From a bacterium (lineage in GTDB: Bacteria > CLD3 > SB21), in assembly GCA_013360215.1 (NCBI GenBank), contig JABWCP010000006.1:40470-104469 (forward strand): 64,000 bases of DNA, read 5' to 3'. Shown here in pieces: positions 39,081-48,599 of this stretch; within the stretch, counting starts at the first letter, position 1; every line of letters starts with the position of its first letter. Position numbers and translations under genes: made by a program. The notes beneath the pieces are model-generated. The model made no database searches, was not told the origin of the DNA, and worked only from the letters and a program-made list of their open reading frames with translations.

Positions 39081-40430
39081 ATGAGAAGTAACTTGATGAG
39101 ATTTGCAGGCATCGTCGCACTACCATTAGTATTTTTAGCGTTTTTGTTTATCAATAGCTGCGAAGGCCCGAGAGGCCCCGCCGGAGCGGATGGCAAAGAT
39201 GGTACAAATGGCACAAATGGTACCGATGCAAACGAAACATGCAAAACATGCCACAATCCCAATGATGTGGATCGTATCAAAATTGAATTCCAGTTTTCCA
39301 AACATGAATACGGCGAAGCCGCTTTTGAAGAAGCCGGCAATACATCTTGCGCCGTATGCCACACGCAACAAGGATTCCTGTATGTTGTTCAGAACAATGT
39401 TCCGTCAACATTTACGTTGAATGCAGGTACCGGCAAGTACTCCAATAGTTATGCTACTATTTCTTCCCAGGCCTTAGGCGAAATTGGTTGCGGTACGTGC
39501 CATGCCAGTACGCATACGACGTATGGTGCTGCGGATACGGTATTAACGACGAATGCGGCTGTTGCGATGAATATGTGGAAAGGCAATAAGACGATCAATT
39601 TGGCTCAAGACAATGGTCGTTCTAATCTTTGCATCAAGTGCCATCAACCGCGTCCTATGACAAAGAGCACGACGCTCAGTAATGGCGATATCGTCAATTA
39701 TGATTCTTTAGCATTAGATCCGAATCGGATGTTCTATGATTCAACGACGGGTGCTTCCAATACGCATACCTATCCCAGCTATCGCATGCATGTGCACTAC
39801 GGTGTAGTAGGTGCTGTATTTGCAGGTATGGGTGGTGTAGAATTCACAGGATCTAAAACAGTTCAAAGTTCAACGCACACTTCCGTTGCGTCCTGCCAAG
39901 ATTGTCACATGGCGACGGTCAGTGGTCGTGGTGGCGGACACACATTTATGGTGCAGGGTAACTTTAATGGTTGCAATACCTCCGGTTGCCATACCGGCGT
40001 AAGTTCCAGCAACTCTACCTTGTGGACAAATCCTCGGAACACGATCAAAGGTTTGCTCAATACATTGGCTACGAAGATCAATGCGGCCGGCGGCGGAACA
40101 CCGATCCTCCACGCTGACAGTGATACTGAAACCAATTTGTGGGCAGGTTTGACGACAGGCAATTGGGATGGATATCTGAATATATATGATCCTTCATCCA
40201 ATCCCGGCGGGGCATGGAGAAATCCCAATCCAAGCGGCTCATGGACACAAGCTCAAAAAGATGCAAACTTAGCATTACCGAAGTTCCCATCGCTGAAGTA
40301 TGTACAAGTCGGTGCGATGATTAACTTCCAGTTTGCACTGAGAGAAGCCAGCCTCGGTATTCACAACTACAAATATTCGGAAGCTCTGCTGACGAATACG
40401 ATTGAAAAAATGACGGATGCAGGCTTTTAA
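39081..40430 (+). CDS. Multiheme cytochrome c lipoprotein with N-terminal collagen-like GXY stretch
   Basis: Lipobox FINSC; 7 consecutive GXY triplets (GPRGPAGADGKDGTNGTNGTD). Five CxxCH motifs (CKTCH, CAVCH, CGTCH, CIKCH, CQDCH) and one CNTSGCH (Cx4CH). TAGGAGG RBS. Confidence 0.8.
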   Translation: MRSNLMRFAGIVALPLVFLAFLFINSCEGPRGPAGADGKDGTNGTNGTDANETCKTCHNPNDVDRIKIEFQFSKHEYGEAAFEEAGNTSCAVCHTQQGFLYVVQNNVPSTFTLNAGTGKYSNSYATISSQALGEIGCGTCHASTHTTYGAADTVLTTNAAVAMNMWKGNKTINLAQDNGRSNLCIKCHQPRPMTKSTTLSNGDIVNYDSLALDPNRMFYDSTTGASNTHTYPSYRMHVHYGVVGAVFAGMGGVEFTGSKTVQSSTHTSVASCQDCHMATVSGRGGGHTFMVQGNFNGCNTSGCHTGVSSSNSTLWTNPRNTIKGLLNTLATKINAAGGGTPILHADSDTETNLWAGLTTGNWDGYLNIYDPSSNPGGAWRNPNPSGSWTQAQKDANLALPKFPSLKYVQVGAMINFQFALREASLGIHNYKYSEALLTNTIEKMTDAGF

Positions 40431-40455
40431 TTAGTACGATCGTTACGATTCTTCA

Positions 40456-40490
40456 AAGGTCGCTCGCTAAAACGAGCGACCTTATTTTTT
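40456..40490 (+). terminator. Rho-independent terminator
   Basis: aaggtcgctcg-ctaaaa-cgagcgacctt hairpin followed by a T run. Confidence 0.6.
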
Positions 40491-40640
40491 ATCTATTTTC
40501 CGCTTTGTTCCACAAATTTTAAGCAAAAACCTTCTGATGCTTAAAATCAAACGACCCATAAGTTGTTAAAACGCTGGTTACATCAGTTTGTTGACTGATG
40601 ATAATTAATGCAAAGTAATGCTGTAATTTTCTTTACAATT

Positions 40641-40660
40641 TTATGACAATTGTCATAGGG
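40641..40660. promoter_or_regulatory. Operator-like perfect palindrome ATGACAATTGTCAT upstream of the beta-barrel gene
   Basis: TTATGACAATTGTCATAGGG is shared (19/20) with 38988..39007. Confidence 0.45.
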
Positions 40661-40774
40661 TGTATTGCGACTTGGGCATATCTTTTGATGAAATAAGTGC
40701 CTTTCTGTATTTTTATTAGCTTTATTTTGACATATAATTTACGACGATTCATGGACTTGAAGCCTGAGGTTGCT

Positions 40775-42148
40775 ATGAATATCAAAAAAAGATTAGTTGG
40801 CTACTTGATAGTGTTGTGCGGCGCAGTCGTACTTTTTGACGCATCAGCCCAAACGCTTTCAACGCGGCTTTCGACATCGGTGTATTCCTGGGAAAATCAG
40901 TATGCGGATTCAACCACACAAAAAAGTTTTCGTGGTTATCAAACGGCGATTTTTCATGCCAACGGGATTTGGAAATCCAATATTTCGTTGCACGGATATG
41001 TAACCGGAAGTTATGATCTGGCCGGTGCGCGGCAGGACAATCCGGATTATCGCGTGTACAATCTTTATGCGCAGTGGAAATCCGATCCGACAAAAAATCA
41101 TCGTTGGGAAGCCCGCGTAGGGCGTCAGCAGGTTTATGCCGGTGTACGCGCACCCTCGATAGATGGTGTCCGTTACGACTTTTATAACGCCGACAAATAC
41201 GGATTTATGGCTTACTACGGTGCACTGCCTCCGGCCGATGGAACTGTAAAAATGGGGCGCCCGGCGGATCGTTCCGCGTTTGGTGCCAAGGTGATGACTT
41301 CCAAGTTGGCGCAAACTCATATGGCCCTAACGTATGTTGAACGACGCAGCATTGGTCAATATTACTATACGATCAATGAGCGCAACGCGGATACCCTCGT
41401 TTACAGTCCGGATTTGGATGAGCGGCTTATCGCTTTTGATGCCAATCGCAATTTTTTCGGAAAGATCAATTGGTTTTATAATGTGACGTACGATGCGTTG
41501 GCTTCCAACGTGCGTAAGATATCTACGGATGTGCAATTCCAACCGTTGCATACGCTGTGGTTTGCCGTACAGTATGCGTACCGCCGACCGGATCTTTATT
41601 ACAATACCATTTTTGCGAAGTTTGATGACATTGATGCCAATCAGGAACTGTGGGTGCGCGGAACGTATCAATTCAATACCGATTGGTCGTTTAACGGTGA
41701 ATATGCCAACGTATTTTACAAAATGAAAGACGCGTGGCGTTACGGTGCGGGTCTCACGTATCAACGTACCAACGTATCTTATCAATGGCGTTTGGGTTAT
41801 GGCGGCACGATCAAACAGATTTCGTTAAGTTCGTATTACCCTGTCCGTCGAAACATGTATTTGTATGGTGGGTTGACTTATGCTACATATGACATGAAAG
41901 ATGACATCACATCGAGCGATTTTTCGTCAAGCAGCACACAAGATATCTACCGTCAGGTATATCAATATACCAATAGTTCCATGACGGCCGTTCTGCGCTG
42001 CAATTATAATCTGATGCAGGCGATGAACGTGGATGTCGAAGGACAATACCTTTCGCAAAACATCAAAACATCGCCGGTTTTTGCCGGATCGAAATATGAC
42101 CTGCGCTTTTTTGTGCGCGCCAATTATTGGTTCTTCAATAAAATATAA
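40775..42148 (+). CDS. Outer-membrane beta-barrel (porin-like) protein
   Basis: Signal peptide (start set at MNIKKRL, ATG 40775); Y/W/G-rich amphipathic beta-strand pattern throughout. Sits between two multiheme cytochrome genes. Confidence 0.55.
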   Translation: MNIKKRLVGYLIVLCGAVVLFDASAQTLSTRLSTSVYSWENQYADSTTQKSFRGYQTAIFHANGIWKSNISLHGYVTGSYDLAGARQDNPDYRVYNLYAQWKSDPTKNHRWEARVGRQQVYAGVRAPSIDGVRYDFYNADKYGFMAYYGALPPADGTVKMGRPADRSAFGAKVMTSKLAQTHMALTYVERRSIGQYYYTINERNADTLVYSPDLDERLIAFDANRNFFGKINWFYNVTYDALASNVRKISTDVQFQPLHTLWFAVQYAYRRPDLYYNTIFAKFDDIDANQELWVRGTYQFNTDWSFNGEYANVFYKMKDAWRYGAGLTYQRTNVSYQWRLGYGGTIKQISLSSYYPVRRNMYLYGGLTYATYDMKDDITSSDFSSSSTQDIYRQVYQYTNSSMTAVLRCNYNLMQAMNVDVEGQYLSQNIKTSPVFAGSKYDLRFFVRANYWFFNKI

Positions 42149-42166
42149 CTTATAACGGACACTGGT

Positions 42167-43261
42167 ATGAAGAAATTACTCGGAATAATACTCATTACGG
42201 CGGTCGGACTCATGGCCGCTGCCTTGGTTTTCTTTCCTTCTTCGGAGCCGCTCAAAGCTTCGTCGCTGGTGAAAACTTCCGCTCAGATGCAAGATAAGAT
42301 CGGCAGCCGTTATGCGATTATATACAAAGAAGAGGATCGCTCCAAGCTGATCAAACACAGTCACAAGTTTCACGCCACTAAAGGCGGCGCTGAATGTAAA
42401 GACTGCCATGCTTCGATCACTTCTAGTGAAAAAGCGATGGACAGCAATCTTCCCAAAATGGATGCCTGCTACGAATGCCACGACAAAGAAACGACGGACT
42501 GTAAGCTCTGCCATCTTGAGCCCAAAGAACCGTATTCATCCTACAAAGCGCCCAAACGGGAATTGACCTTTAATCACAAGGCGCATCTCGGGATGAAAAA
42601 TGTAAATTGTGAAACCTGCCACAGCGAAATAACTAACAAAGCGTATACCGGCGCACGTACACTGCCTGCGATGGAGTCTTGTATGGGTTGCCATGACGGC
42701 GCACAGGCGAGCAATGATTGTAAAACTTGCCATACGGACATCCGTTTTATCAAACCTGCGGATCATATGGCCGGATTTATTCGTACGCATAAACACGAAG
42801 TGGCTACGCAAGGCGATGCCAACTGCCGCATGTGCCATAGCACCGAATCCTGCGAAGATTGCCATAATGGCGGTAATCTGAATAAAATGAAAAATAGAAA
42901 CGAATTCAGCCCGTCCGGTACACCGTCGGGTATGAGTGAAAATAGCAGTCAGATTATTAGTAAAGCCCATGCACTGGATTTCATTTTCACACACCGTTTT
43001 GATGCCAAGGCTAAAACTTCCGAATGTCAAACCTGCCACGAAGCTGAGAGTTTCTGTGTACAGTGCCACAATAATAATGATAAAATGTCTAAACCGGCTT
43101 GGCATAAGGTAGCTGGTTTTACGTCGGGTGTAGGCGGCGGTTTGCACGCTCAGTTAGCCAAAAAAGATATGGAAAACTGCGTAAGTTGCCATAACATCGA
43201 AGGGCAGGATCCGACTTGTTACACGTGTCATAAAGCCGATGGTTCACTTAAAAATTTCTGA
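42167..43261 (+). CDS. Dodecaheme cytochrome c (12 CxxCH), periplasmic/membrane-anchored
   Basis: 12 canonical CxxCH motifs in 364 aa, about one heme per 30 residues as in MtrA/OmaB-type cytochromes. N-terminal signal/anchor. Confidence 0.85.
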   Translation: MKKLLGIILITAVGLMAAALVFFPSSEPLKASSLVKTSAQMQDKIGSRYAIIYKEEDRSKLIKHSHKFHATKGGAECKDCHASITSSEKAMDSNLPKMDACYECHDKETTDCKLCHLEPKEPYSSYKAPKRELTFNHKAHLGMKNVNCETCHSEITNKAYTGARTLPAMESCMGCHDGAQASNDCKTCHTDIRFIKPADHMAGFIRTHKHEVATQGDANCRMCHSTESCEDCHNGGNLNKMKNRNEFSPSGTPSGMSENSSQIISKAHALDFIFTHRFDAKAKTSECQTCHEAESFCVQCHNNNDKMSKPAWHKVAGFTSGVGGGLHAQLAKKDMENCVSCHNIEGQDPTCYTCHKADGSLKNF

Positions 43262-43271
43262 GGACAGCCAA

Positions 43272-43655
43272 ATGAAAAAGAAAATATTAATAATAATGTT
43301 ATCCCTTTTGGCCTTCGTGGGCTGCAGCGAATCCGAAGATATTGGTAATGTACCCGGCCCACCGGATCCGCCAAAACCATACAGTTATGTAACCGACATA
43401 AAAGCCGTACTTGATGATGGATGTGCATCACCTTGTCATTCGACGGCTGTGAAGCTTGGAAATTATGATTTATCCACGTATGCCGGTGTTTTAGGAAATG
43501 GGTCCGATGCAACACCGAATGCTATACCCGGTGATTCGACCAGTCTTATTATCGTCAAATTAAAATCCGGACATCCTTCAGTTGATGTATCCAGGTTAGC
43601 GATGATATTGCAGTGGGTCTATCAGGATAGCTGCAAAGAGACACTGCCGGACTAA
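43272..43655 (+). CDS. Small lipoprotein with a single CASPCH (Cx3CH) motif
   Basis: Lipobox FVGCSES; GAGGA RBS; CASPCH possibly heme-binding. Confidence 0.4.
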   Translation: MKKKILIIMLSLLAFVGCSESEDIGNVPGPPDPPKPYSYVTDIKAVLDDGCASPCHSTAVKLGNYDLSTYAGVLGNGSDATPNAIPGDSTSLIIVKLKSGHPSVDVSRLAMILQWVYQDSCKETLPD

Positions 43656-43680
43656 CAAACGGTTTTTTTTGATAGAGTAG

Positions 43681-43717
43681 AATCCCCGGATGATTTTTCG
43701 TTCGGGGATTTTTTTTA
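43681..43717. terminator. Bidirectional terminator hairpin between convergent genes
   Basis: aatccccgga-N12-ccggggatt flanked by T runs. Confidence 0.5.
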
Positions 43718-45103
43718 AACTTTGTACAGCGCTAAACACGTCTGTCGTTCCTGATCCAGATCAATGATAGGATGCGGATAATGGCTGAATAATCCGTTTT
43801 GCCGTTTATCCGGGTCATGTATTTCACGAAGCGAAACATTTTCCAGCTTCGGTACCCATCGCCGAATATATACGGCATCCGGATCAAATTTTTTCCCTTG
43901 GGTCAGAGGATTAAAAATCCGAAAATACGGTGCAGCATCCACACCGGTACCGGCGGCCCATTGCCAGTTACCGTTATTGCTGGATAATTCATAGTCCAAC
44001 AGTTTTTCTGCAAAATACGCCTCGCCTTTACGCCAATCGACATGCAGATGTTTGACCAAAAATGAAGCCACGATCATCCGTACCCGATTGTGCATATATC
44101 CCGTTGCATTAAGTTCACGTATACCGGCATCCACGATGGGATAACCCGTATACCCTGATTTCCATGCTTCAAACCAATCTTCGCGATTAGGCCATACGAT
44201 GCGGTCAAACTGGGCTTGAAAACTACGGATTATGACGTGTGGGAAATGCCAAAGTATCATCATGAAAAATTCACGCCAGATGAGTTCTGACAAAAAAACT
44301 TTAGCCGCCGGCGCCTCATGTTTTGATAGAAAGTCTATAAGCTGGCGAACACTGATCGTACCAAAACGAAGGTGTGGCGCAAGGTGAGAGGTAGCGTTCA
44401 GTCCGGGCAAGTCGCGTTGTGTATCGTATTTTTCGAGGTAATCACCGGTAAATTGTGTCCATTGTTTTTGAGCGGCATCGGAACCGCCGTGTATGATATT
44501 TTCACGCTTAACAAACCCGATCTCTTGCAGCGAATGAATAAGCGGTAGCGACGAAATCAGAGGAGAAAATTTTTTCCATGATATGGATGTATTATCTGTT
44601 ATTGCATTCGGATAAGAATGGGTATACGTATTCAGCCATCGGTTTTTATAAGCAGTAAAAACTTTATAAGGCGTGCCGTCATCTTTTACGATTTCTGATT
44701 TTTCAAAAATGACCTGATCTTTAAAAGAGTGTACAAGGATTCCTTTTTGGGTTAATACCTCCGTTATCGCCGTATCGCGCGCGTTGGCATACGGCTCATA
44801 GTCGTGATTAAAGAATAATGCATCCGTTTTGTTTTCAGAAAATAGCTGCGGAATAACGACTTCTGGTTCACCGTAAAGTATATGTACGGTCGGCGCACCA
44901 TGGGCTTTCAATTTGTTTTGAAGATAGGTGAGCGATTCGTAAATAAAGCTCAATCGTCGGTCATCGGCCGGCAAACGATCCAAAATATGTTTGTCAAATA
45001 TAAAAATAAGTGAAACAAATTGGCTTGCCTTTATAGCGTGGAGAAGCGCCGTATTATCGTCTAATCGTAGATCCCGCCTTAACCAAACAATGCTGTGCTG
45101 CAT
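43715..45103 (-). CDS. phr: Deoxyribodipyrimidine photolyase / cryptochrome family
   Basis: MQHSIVWLRRDLRLDDNTAL N-terminus; FAD-binding region (WREFF, GYMHNRVRMIVASFL, WQWAAG). Start set at ATG 45101-45103. Confidence 0.85.
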   Translation of the reverse strand: MQHSIVWLRRDLRLDDNTALLHAIKASQFVSLIFIFDKHILDRLPADDRRLSFIYESLTYLQNKLKAHGAPTVHILYGEPEVVIPQLFSENKTDALFFNHDYEPYANARDTAITEVLTQKGILVHSFKDQVIFEKSEIVKDDGTPYKVFTAYKNRWLNTYTHSYPNAITDNTSISWKKFSPLISSLPLIHSLQEIGFVKRENIIHGGSDAAQKQWTQFTGDYLEKYDTQRDLPGLNATSHLAPHLRFGTISVRQLIDFLSKHEAPAAKVFLSELIWREFFMMILWHFPHVIIRSFQAQFDRIVWPNREDWFEAWKSGYTGYPIVDAGIRELNATGYMHNRVRMIVASFLVKHLHVDWRKGEAYFAEKLLDYELSSNNGNWQWAAGTGVDAAPYFRIFNPLTQGKKFDPDAVYIRRWVPKLENVSLREIHDPDKRQNGLFSHYPHPIIDLDQERQTCLALYKV

Positions 45104-45361
45104 GCATTTATCTTTTATTTTGAATTTAACTGTGTTCTTGCACTTGCTGTACAAGTTATCGTGCAAACCGAAACCGACGAACCGACCGTTACAATACATC
45201 AAAAACGGTCTGTGATTTTGCTACGAGCTGTGCATGGATGACCTTTTGTGCATGTAATATATAAAATATAATTGTTTAAAAAAACATCGCATATATTAAA
45301 CAATATTTCTTATTTTCAAAACACTTTTAGAAGTGTTTTTTATTGCTTACACTACCACGCT

Positions 45362-47194
45362 ATGATGTACAAAAATTTATCCGACTGTATTGCCGATTTG
45401 GAACGGCACGGTCATTTGATACGCGTTAATGAAGAAGTGGATCCCTATCTTGAGATGGCGGAGATCCAACGACGCGTATATCAAGAACAAGGTCCGGCAT
45501 TATTATTTACCCGCGTCAAAGGGTGTCGTTTCCCGGCTGTTTCCAATCTTTTTGGAACGATGGACCGAACGCGCTTTATGTTTCGCCATACGCTCGCGGC
45601 TGTGCAAAAACTGATCGAATTAAAAGTTGATCCGGCGAATCTGGCCAAACGCCCGTTGCGTTATGCTGGAGTTCCATTTTCAGCGTTGACGATGTTGCCA
45701 TGGAAAAAAAGCAACGGTGCGGTTTTAAAAAATACATGCCGTATCGGTGAGCTTCCGCAAATCACTTGTTGGCCCAAGGATGGCGGGCCGTTTGTCACAT
45801 TGCCGCAGGTTTACTCCGAACATCCGGATCACCCCGGATGGAAAATGTCCAATCTTGGCATGTACCGCATACAAATGGCCGGTAATCAGTATATCCAGGA
45901 TCGTGAGGTCGGCGGCCATTATCAGATTCATCGCGGTATCGGCGTGCACCATGCCGCCGCCATTCGTCGTGGTGAAAAGTTGCGTGTTAGCATTTTTGTC
46001 GGCGGTCCGCCTGCGCACACCTTGGCGGCGGTAATGCCCTTACCCGAAGGTTTATCCGAACTGATGTTTGCGGGTGTACTGACAGGACGGCGTTTTCGTT
46101 ATGGTTACCAAAACGGTCATGCGGTATCCATGGATGCTGATTTTGTGATTACGGGTACTATTGATACGCAAGCGACAAAACCGGAAGGTCCTTTTGGAGA
46201 TCACTTAGGTTACTACAGTCTCACGCACGACTATCCGTACATTGAGGTGGAGCAGGTGTATCACCGGGATGGCGCGGTATGGCCGTTTACCGTTGTCGGA
46301 CGCCCGCCGCAAGAGGATACATCGTTCGGGGATATTATTCATGAAATCACAGGGCCGGTTATACCTACGGTGATCGCCGGTTTGCATGGTGTCAATGCGG
46401 TGGACGGCGCGGGTGTTCATCCGCTGTTACTTGCGATCGGCAGCGAGCGTTATGTGCCTTACGGCGAACGTAAACCGCAGGAACTTCTTACTATCGCCAA
46501 TGCCATTCTCGGTCAGGGGCAACTTTCTTTGGCAAAGTATCTCTTCATCACCGCAAAAGAAGACGATCTGTCGCTTGATGTACATGATATTCCTAAATTT
46601 TTGCAACACGTACTTTCACGGGTGCGTTGGGAGGAGGATCTGCATTTTCAGACACGAACGACGATTGATACATTGGATTATTCAGGTTTCGGTTTTAATC
46701 AAGGGTCTAAAGTGGTGATAGCATCCGCGGGTAAAGTCCGTCGCTTATTGGCAAGTCAGGTGCCTTCGGAATTAAAATTACCGGAGGGTTTTTCCGATGC
46801 GCACGTTATTTTACCGGGCATTGTTGCCGTCAGAGGAGCCCAATATTCCGACCGCGTAGCCGCCCGAAAAGCCATTCGTGTTTTATGCGAATATTTGGAA
46901 CATCAGAGAGATTTGGAAAACTTGCCATTATGGATAGTTTGTGATGATGTGACGTTAGTCAAAGCACAACTCAACAATTTTCTGTGGGTGACTTTTACGC
47001 GTTCCGATCCGGCGGCTGATATGGACGGAGCGGGTGCTTTTGTGGAGGATAAACATTGGGGTTGCAGGGGACCTCTGGTTATTGACGCACGGATCAAACC
47101 GCATCACGCACCGCCGCTTATCGAAGATCCCGATGTCACGCGTCGTGTGGATGCATTGGCTGAAAAAGGAAAAAGTTTGTACGGTATTATTTAA
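45362..47194 (+). CDS. UbiD-family (prenylated-FMN-dependent) decarboxylase
   Basis: N-terminal DLRDFIADLE-like sequence LSDCIADLERHGHLIRVNEEVDP; ~610 aa UbiD-like. Confidence 0.7.
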   Translation: MMYKNLSDCIADLERHGHLIRVNEEVDPYLEMAEIQRRVYQEQGPALLFTRVKGCRFPAVSNLFGTMDRTRFMFRHTLAAVQKLIELKVDPANLAKRPLRYAGVPFSALTMLPWKKSNGAVLKNTCRIGELPQITCWPKDGGPFVTLPQVYSEHPDHPGWKMSNLGMYRIQMAGNQYIQDREVGGHYQIHRGIGVHHAAAIRRGEKLRVSIFVGGPPAHTLAAVMPLPEGLSELMFAGVLTGRRFRYGYQNGHAVSMDADFVITGTIDTQATKPEGPFGDHLGYYSLTHDYPYIEVEQVYHRDGAVWPFTVVGRPPQEDTSFGDIIHEITGPVIPTVIAGLHGVNAVDGAGVHPLLLAIGSERYVPYGERKPQELLTIANAILGQGQLSLAKYLFITAKEDDLSLDVHDIPKFLQHVLSRVRWEEDLHFQTRTTIDTLDYSGFGFNQGSKVVIASAGKVRRLLASQVPSELKLPEGFSDAHVILPGIVAVRGAQYSDRVAARKAIRVLCEYLEHQRDLENLPLWIVCDDVTLVKAQLNNFLWVTFTRSDPAADMDGAGAFVEDKHWGCRGPLVIDARIKPHHAPPLIEDPDVTRRVDALAEKGKSLYGII

Positions 47195-47231
47195 GTTTCG
47201 GATTCATTGAACGGTTAACTTTTGGAGCATC

Positions 47232-48026
47232 ATGGAAATCAATTGCCTGCACATTGCCGATATTTTTGCACAATCCGGTTTGGATATGGTCACAGAAACG
47301 CTGCCCAAACTCATCAAGGAACGTGACATTCATTTTGTTGTGGCAAACGGTGAAAATACGCTCGAAGGTAAAGGTATAACCGAAGGGCAATGCCAGCATC
47401 TTTTTAATCTCGGCGTACATGTGATCACCAGCGGTAACCATATTTGGGATCGAAAGAAAACATTTTATGCGGAAAACCCGTTGATTCAAAAATACTTACT
47501 TCGCCCGCTCAATTATCCTGTGGGCAATGAAGGTCGTGGTTCGACGGTATACGAATTAAAAAATGGCCTCAAAATCGGTGTGATCAATCTGCAAGGGCGA
47601 ACCTATATGTATGACATAGATTGCCCTTTTCGCGTCGGTGAACGCGAAATTGAAAAACTTCAGGATGAAACCAATATCATTATTGTAGATTTTCATGCGG
47701 AAGCGACCGCTGAAAAAATTGCGTTTCGTCATTATGTTGACGGGCGTGTGAGTGCTGTGATCGGGACACATACGCATGTACAAACGGCGGATGAAATGAT
47801 CACCCCATCCGGCACGGCGTATATTACCGATGCCGGTATGACGGGCCCGCACGACGGTGTGATCGGTATGCAAAAAGAGCCCACGGTAAAAAAATTTATA
47901 CTCCAAACGTACTTCAAATTTGAGCCCTCCAAAGGGGATGTGCGCTTTCACGGCTTGTTTTTTAAGGTTAATGTCGAAACCGGGCGTGCAACCTATGTCG
48001 AACGTGTGCGCATAGACAAACCATAA
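47232..48026 (+). CDS. YmdB-like metallophosphoesterase (TIGR00282 family)
   Basis: FVVANGEN...GNHIWD metallophosphatase motifs; 264 aa. Confidence 0.7.
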   Translation: MEINCLHIADIFAQSGLDMVTETLPKLIKERDIHFVVANGENTLEGKGITEGQCQHLFNLGVHVITSGNHIWDRKKTFYAENPLIQKYLLRPLNYPVGNEGRGSTVYELKNGLKIGVINLQGRTYMYDIDCPFRVGEREIEKLQDETNIIIVDFHAEATAEKIAFRHYVDGRVSAVIGTHTHVQTADEMITPSGTAYITDAGMTGPHDGVIGMQKEPTVKKFILQTYFKFEPSKGDVRFHGLFFKVNVETGRATYVERVRIDKP

Positions 48027-48140
48027 CTCATTTCTTATCAAGCTTTAACAGCATTGCATCCGCGGATGGAACTTTTTTGGGGGCGGTGAAGTTTAATTGA
48101 TAGGTTCTTGAAAGGAACTTTTTTCCCAAAGGAGAGCGCG

Positions 48141-48512
48141 ATGGCTAAGATTTGTGTCATAGAAGATGAGCCGAATCTAAGGCTATTGTATCGTTCTGAG
48201 TTTGAAAGAATGGGGCACGAAGTCATTTGCCACGCCAATGGGCGCGAAGCTTACCGATCACTTCCGGTTGATCAGCCCGATCTGATCATCCTTGATATCA
48301 TGATGCCTGAAGGCGATGGTTTGGAGTTTCTCTCAAATGTACTGGTTATGCATGTTGGCATACCGGTGATTATCAATTCAGCGTACGCGCAGTTTAAAAA
48401 TGATTTCGTCAGTTGGGCGGCTGAGGCGTATGTCGTCAAGTCCAGCGATTTAAGTGAACTGAAAGAGCAAGTCCATCGCGTTCTCTTCAAGTTTTCAATG
48501 GCCACCGCGTGA
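48141..48512 (+). CDS. Single-domain response regulator (CheY-like receiver)
   Basis: MAKICVIEDEP...DLIILDIMMP; no output domain. Confidence 0.7.
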   Translation: MAKICVIEDEPNLRLLYRSEFERMGHEVICHANGREAYRSLPVDQPDLIILDIMMPEGDGLEFLSNVLVMHVGIPVIINSAYAQFKNDFVSWAAEAYVVKSSDLSELKEQVHRVLFKFSMATA

Positions 48513-48571
48513 TCCATAGATGGGCACGCCTTAATTCACGCCTTATCATAAGGCGCGTGAGTCTTACTCAT

Positions 48572-48599
48572 CCCGCTGTCGTCACAGCGGGATTTTTTA
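48572..48599 (+). terminator. Rho-independent terminator (preceded by a second hairpin at 48536..48559)
   Basis: cccgctg-tcgtca-cagcggg hairpin followed by T6. Confidence 0.65.

Noticed and set aside
40727-40738. TTGACATATAAT as a sigma-70 promoter for the beta-barrel gene
   Set aside because: The -35-like and -10-like hexamers are directly abutting (0-bp spacer). Only the TATAAT could serve as a -10 element. FCB-group promoters use different consensus elements anyway, so no promoter feature was called.
43272-43655. Calling the small lipoprotein a bona fide c-type cytochrome
   Set aside because: It has only a Cx3CH motif (CASPCH) and no canonical CxxCH. It is kept as a hypothetical lipoprotein with a possible heme site.
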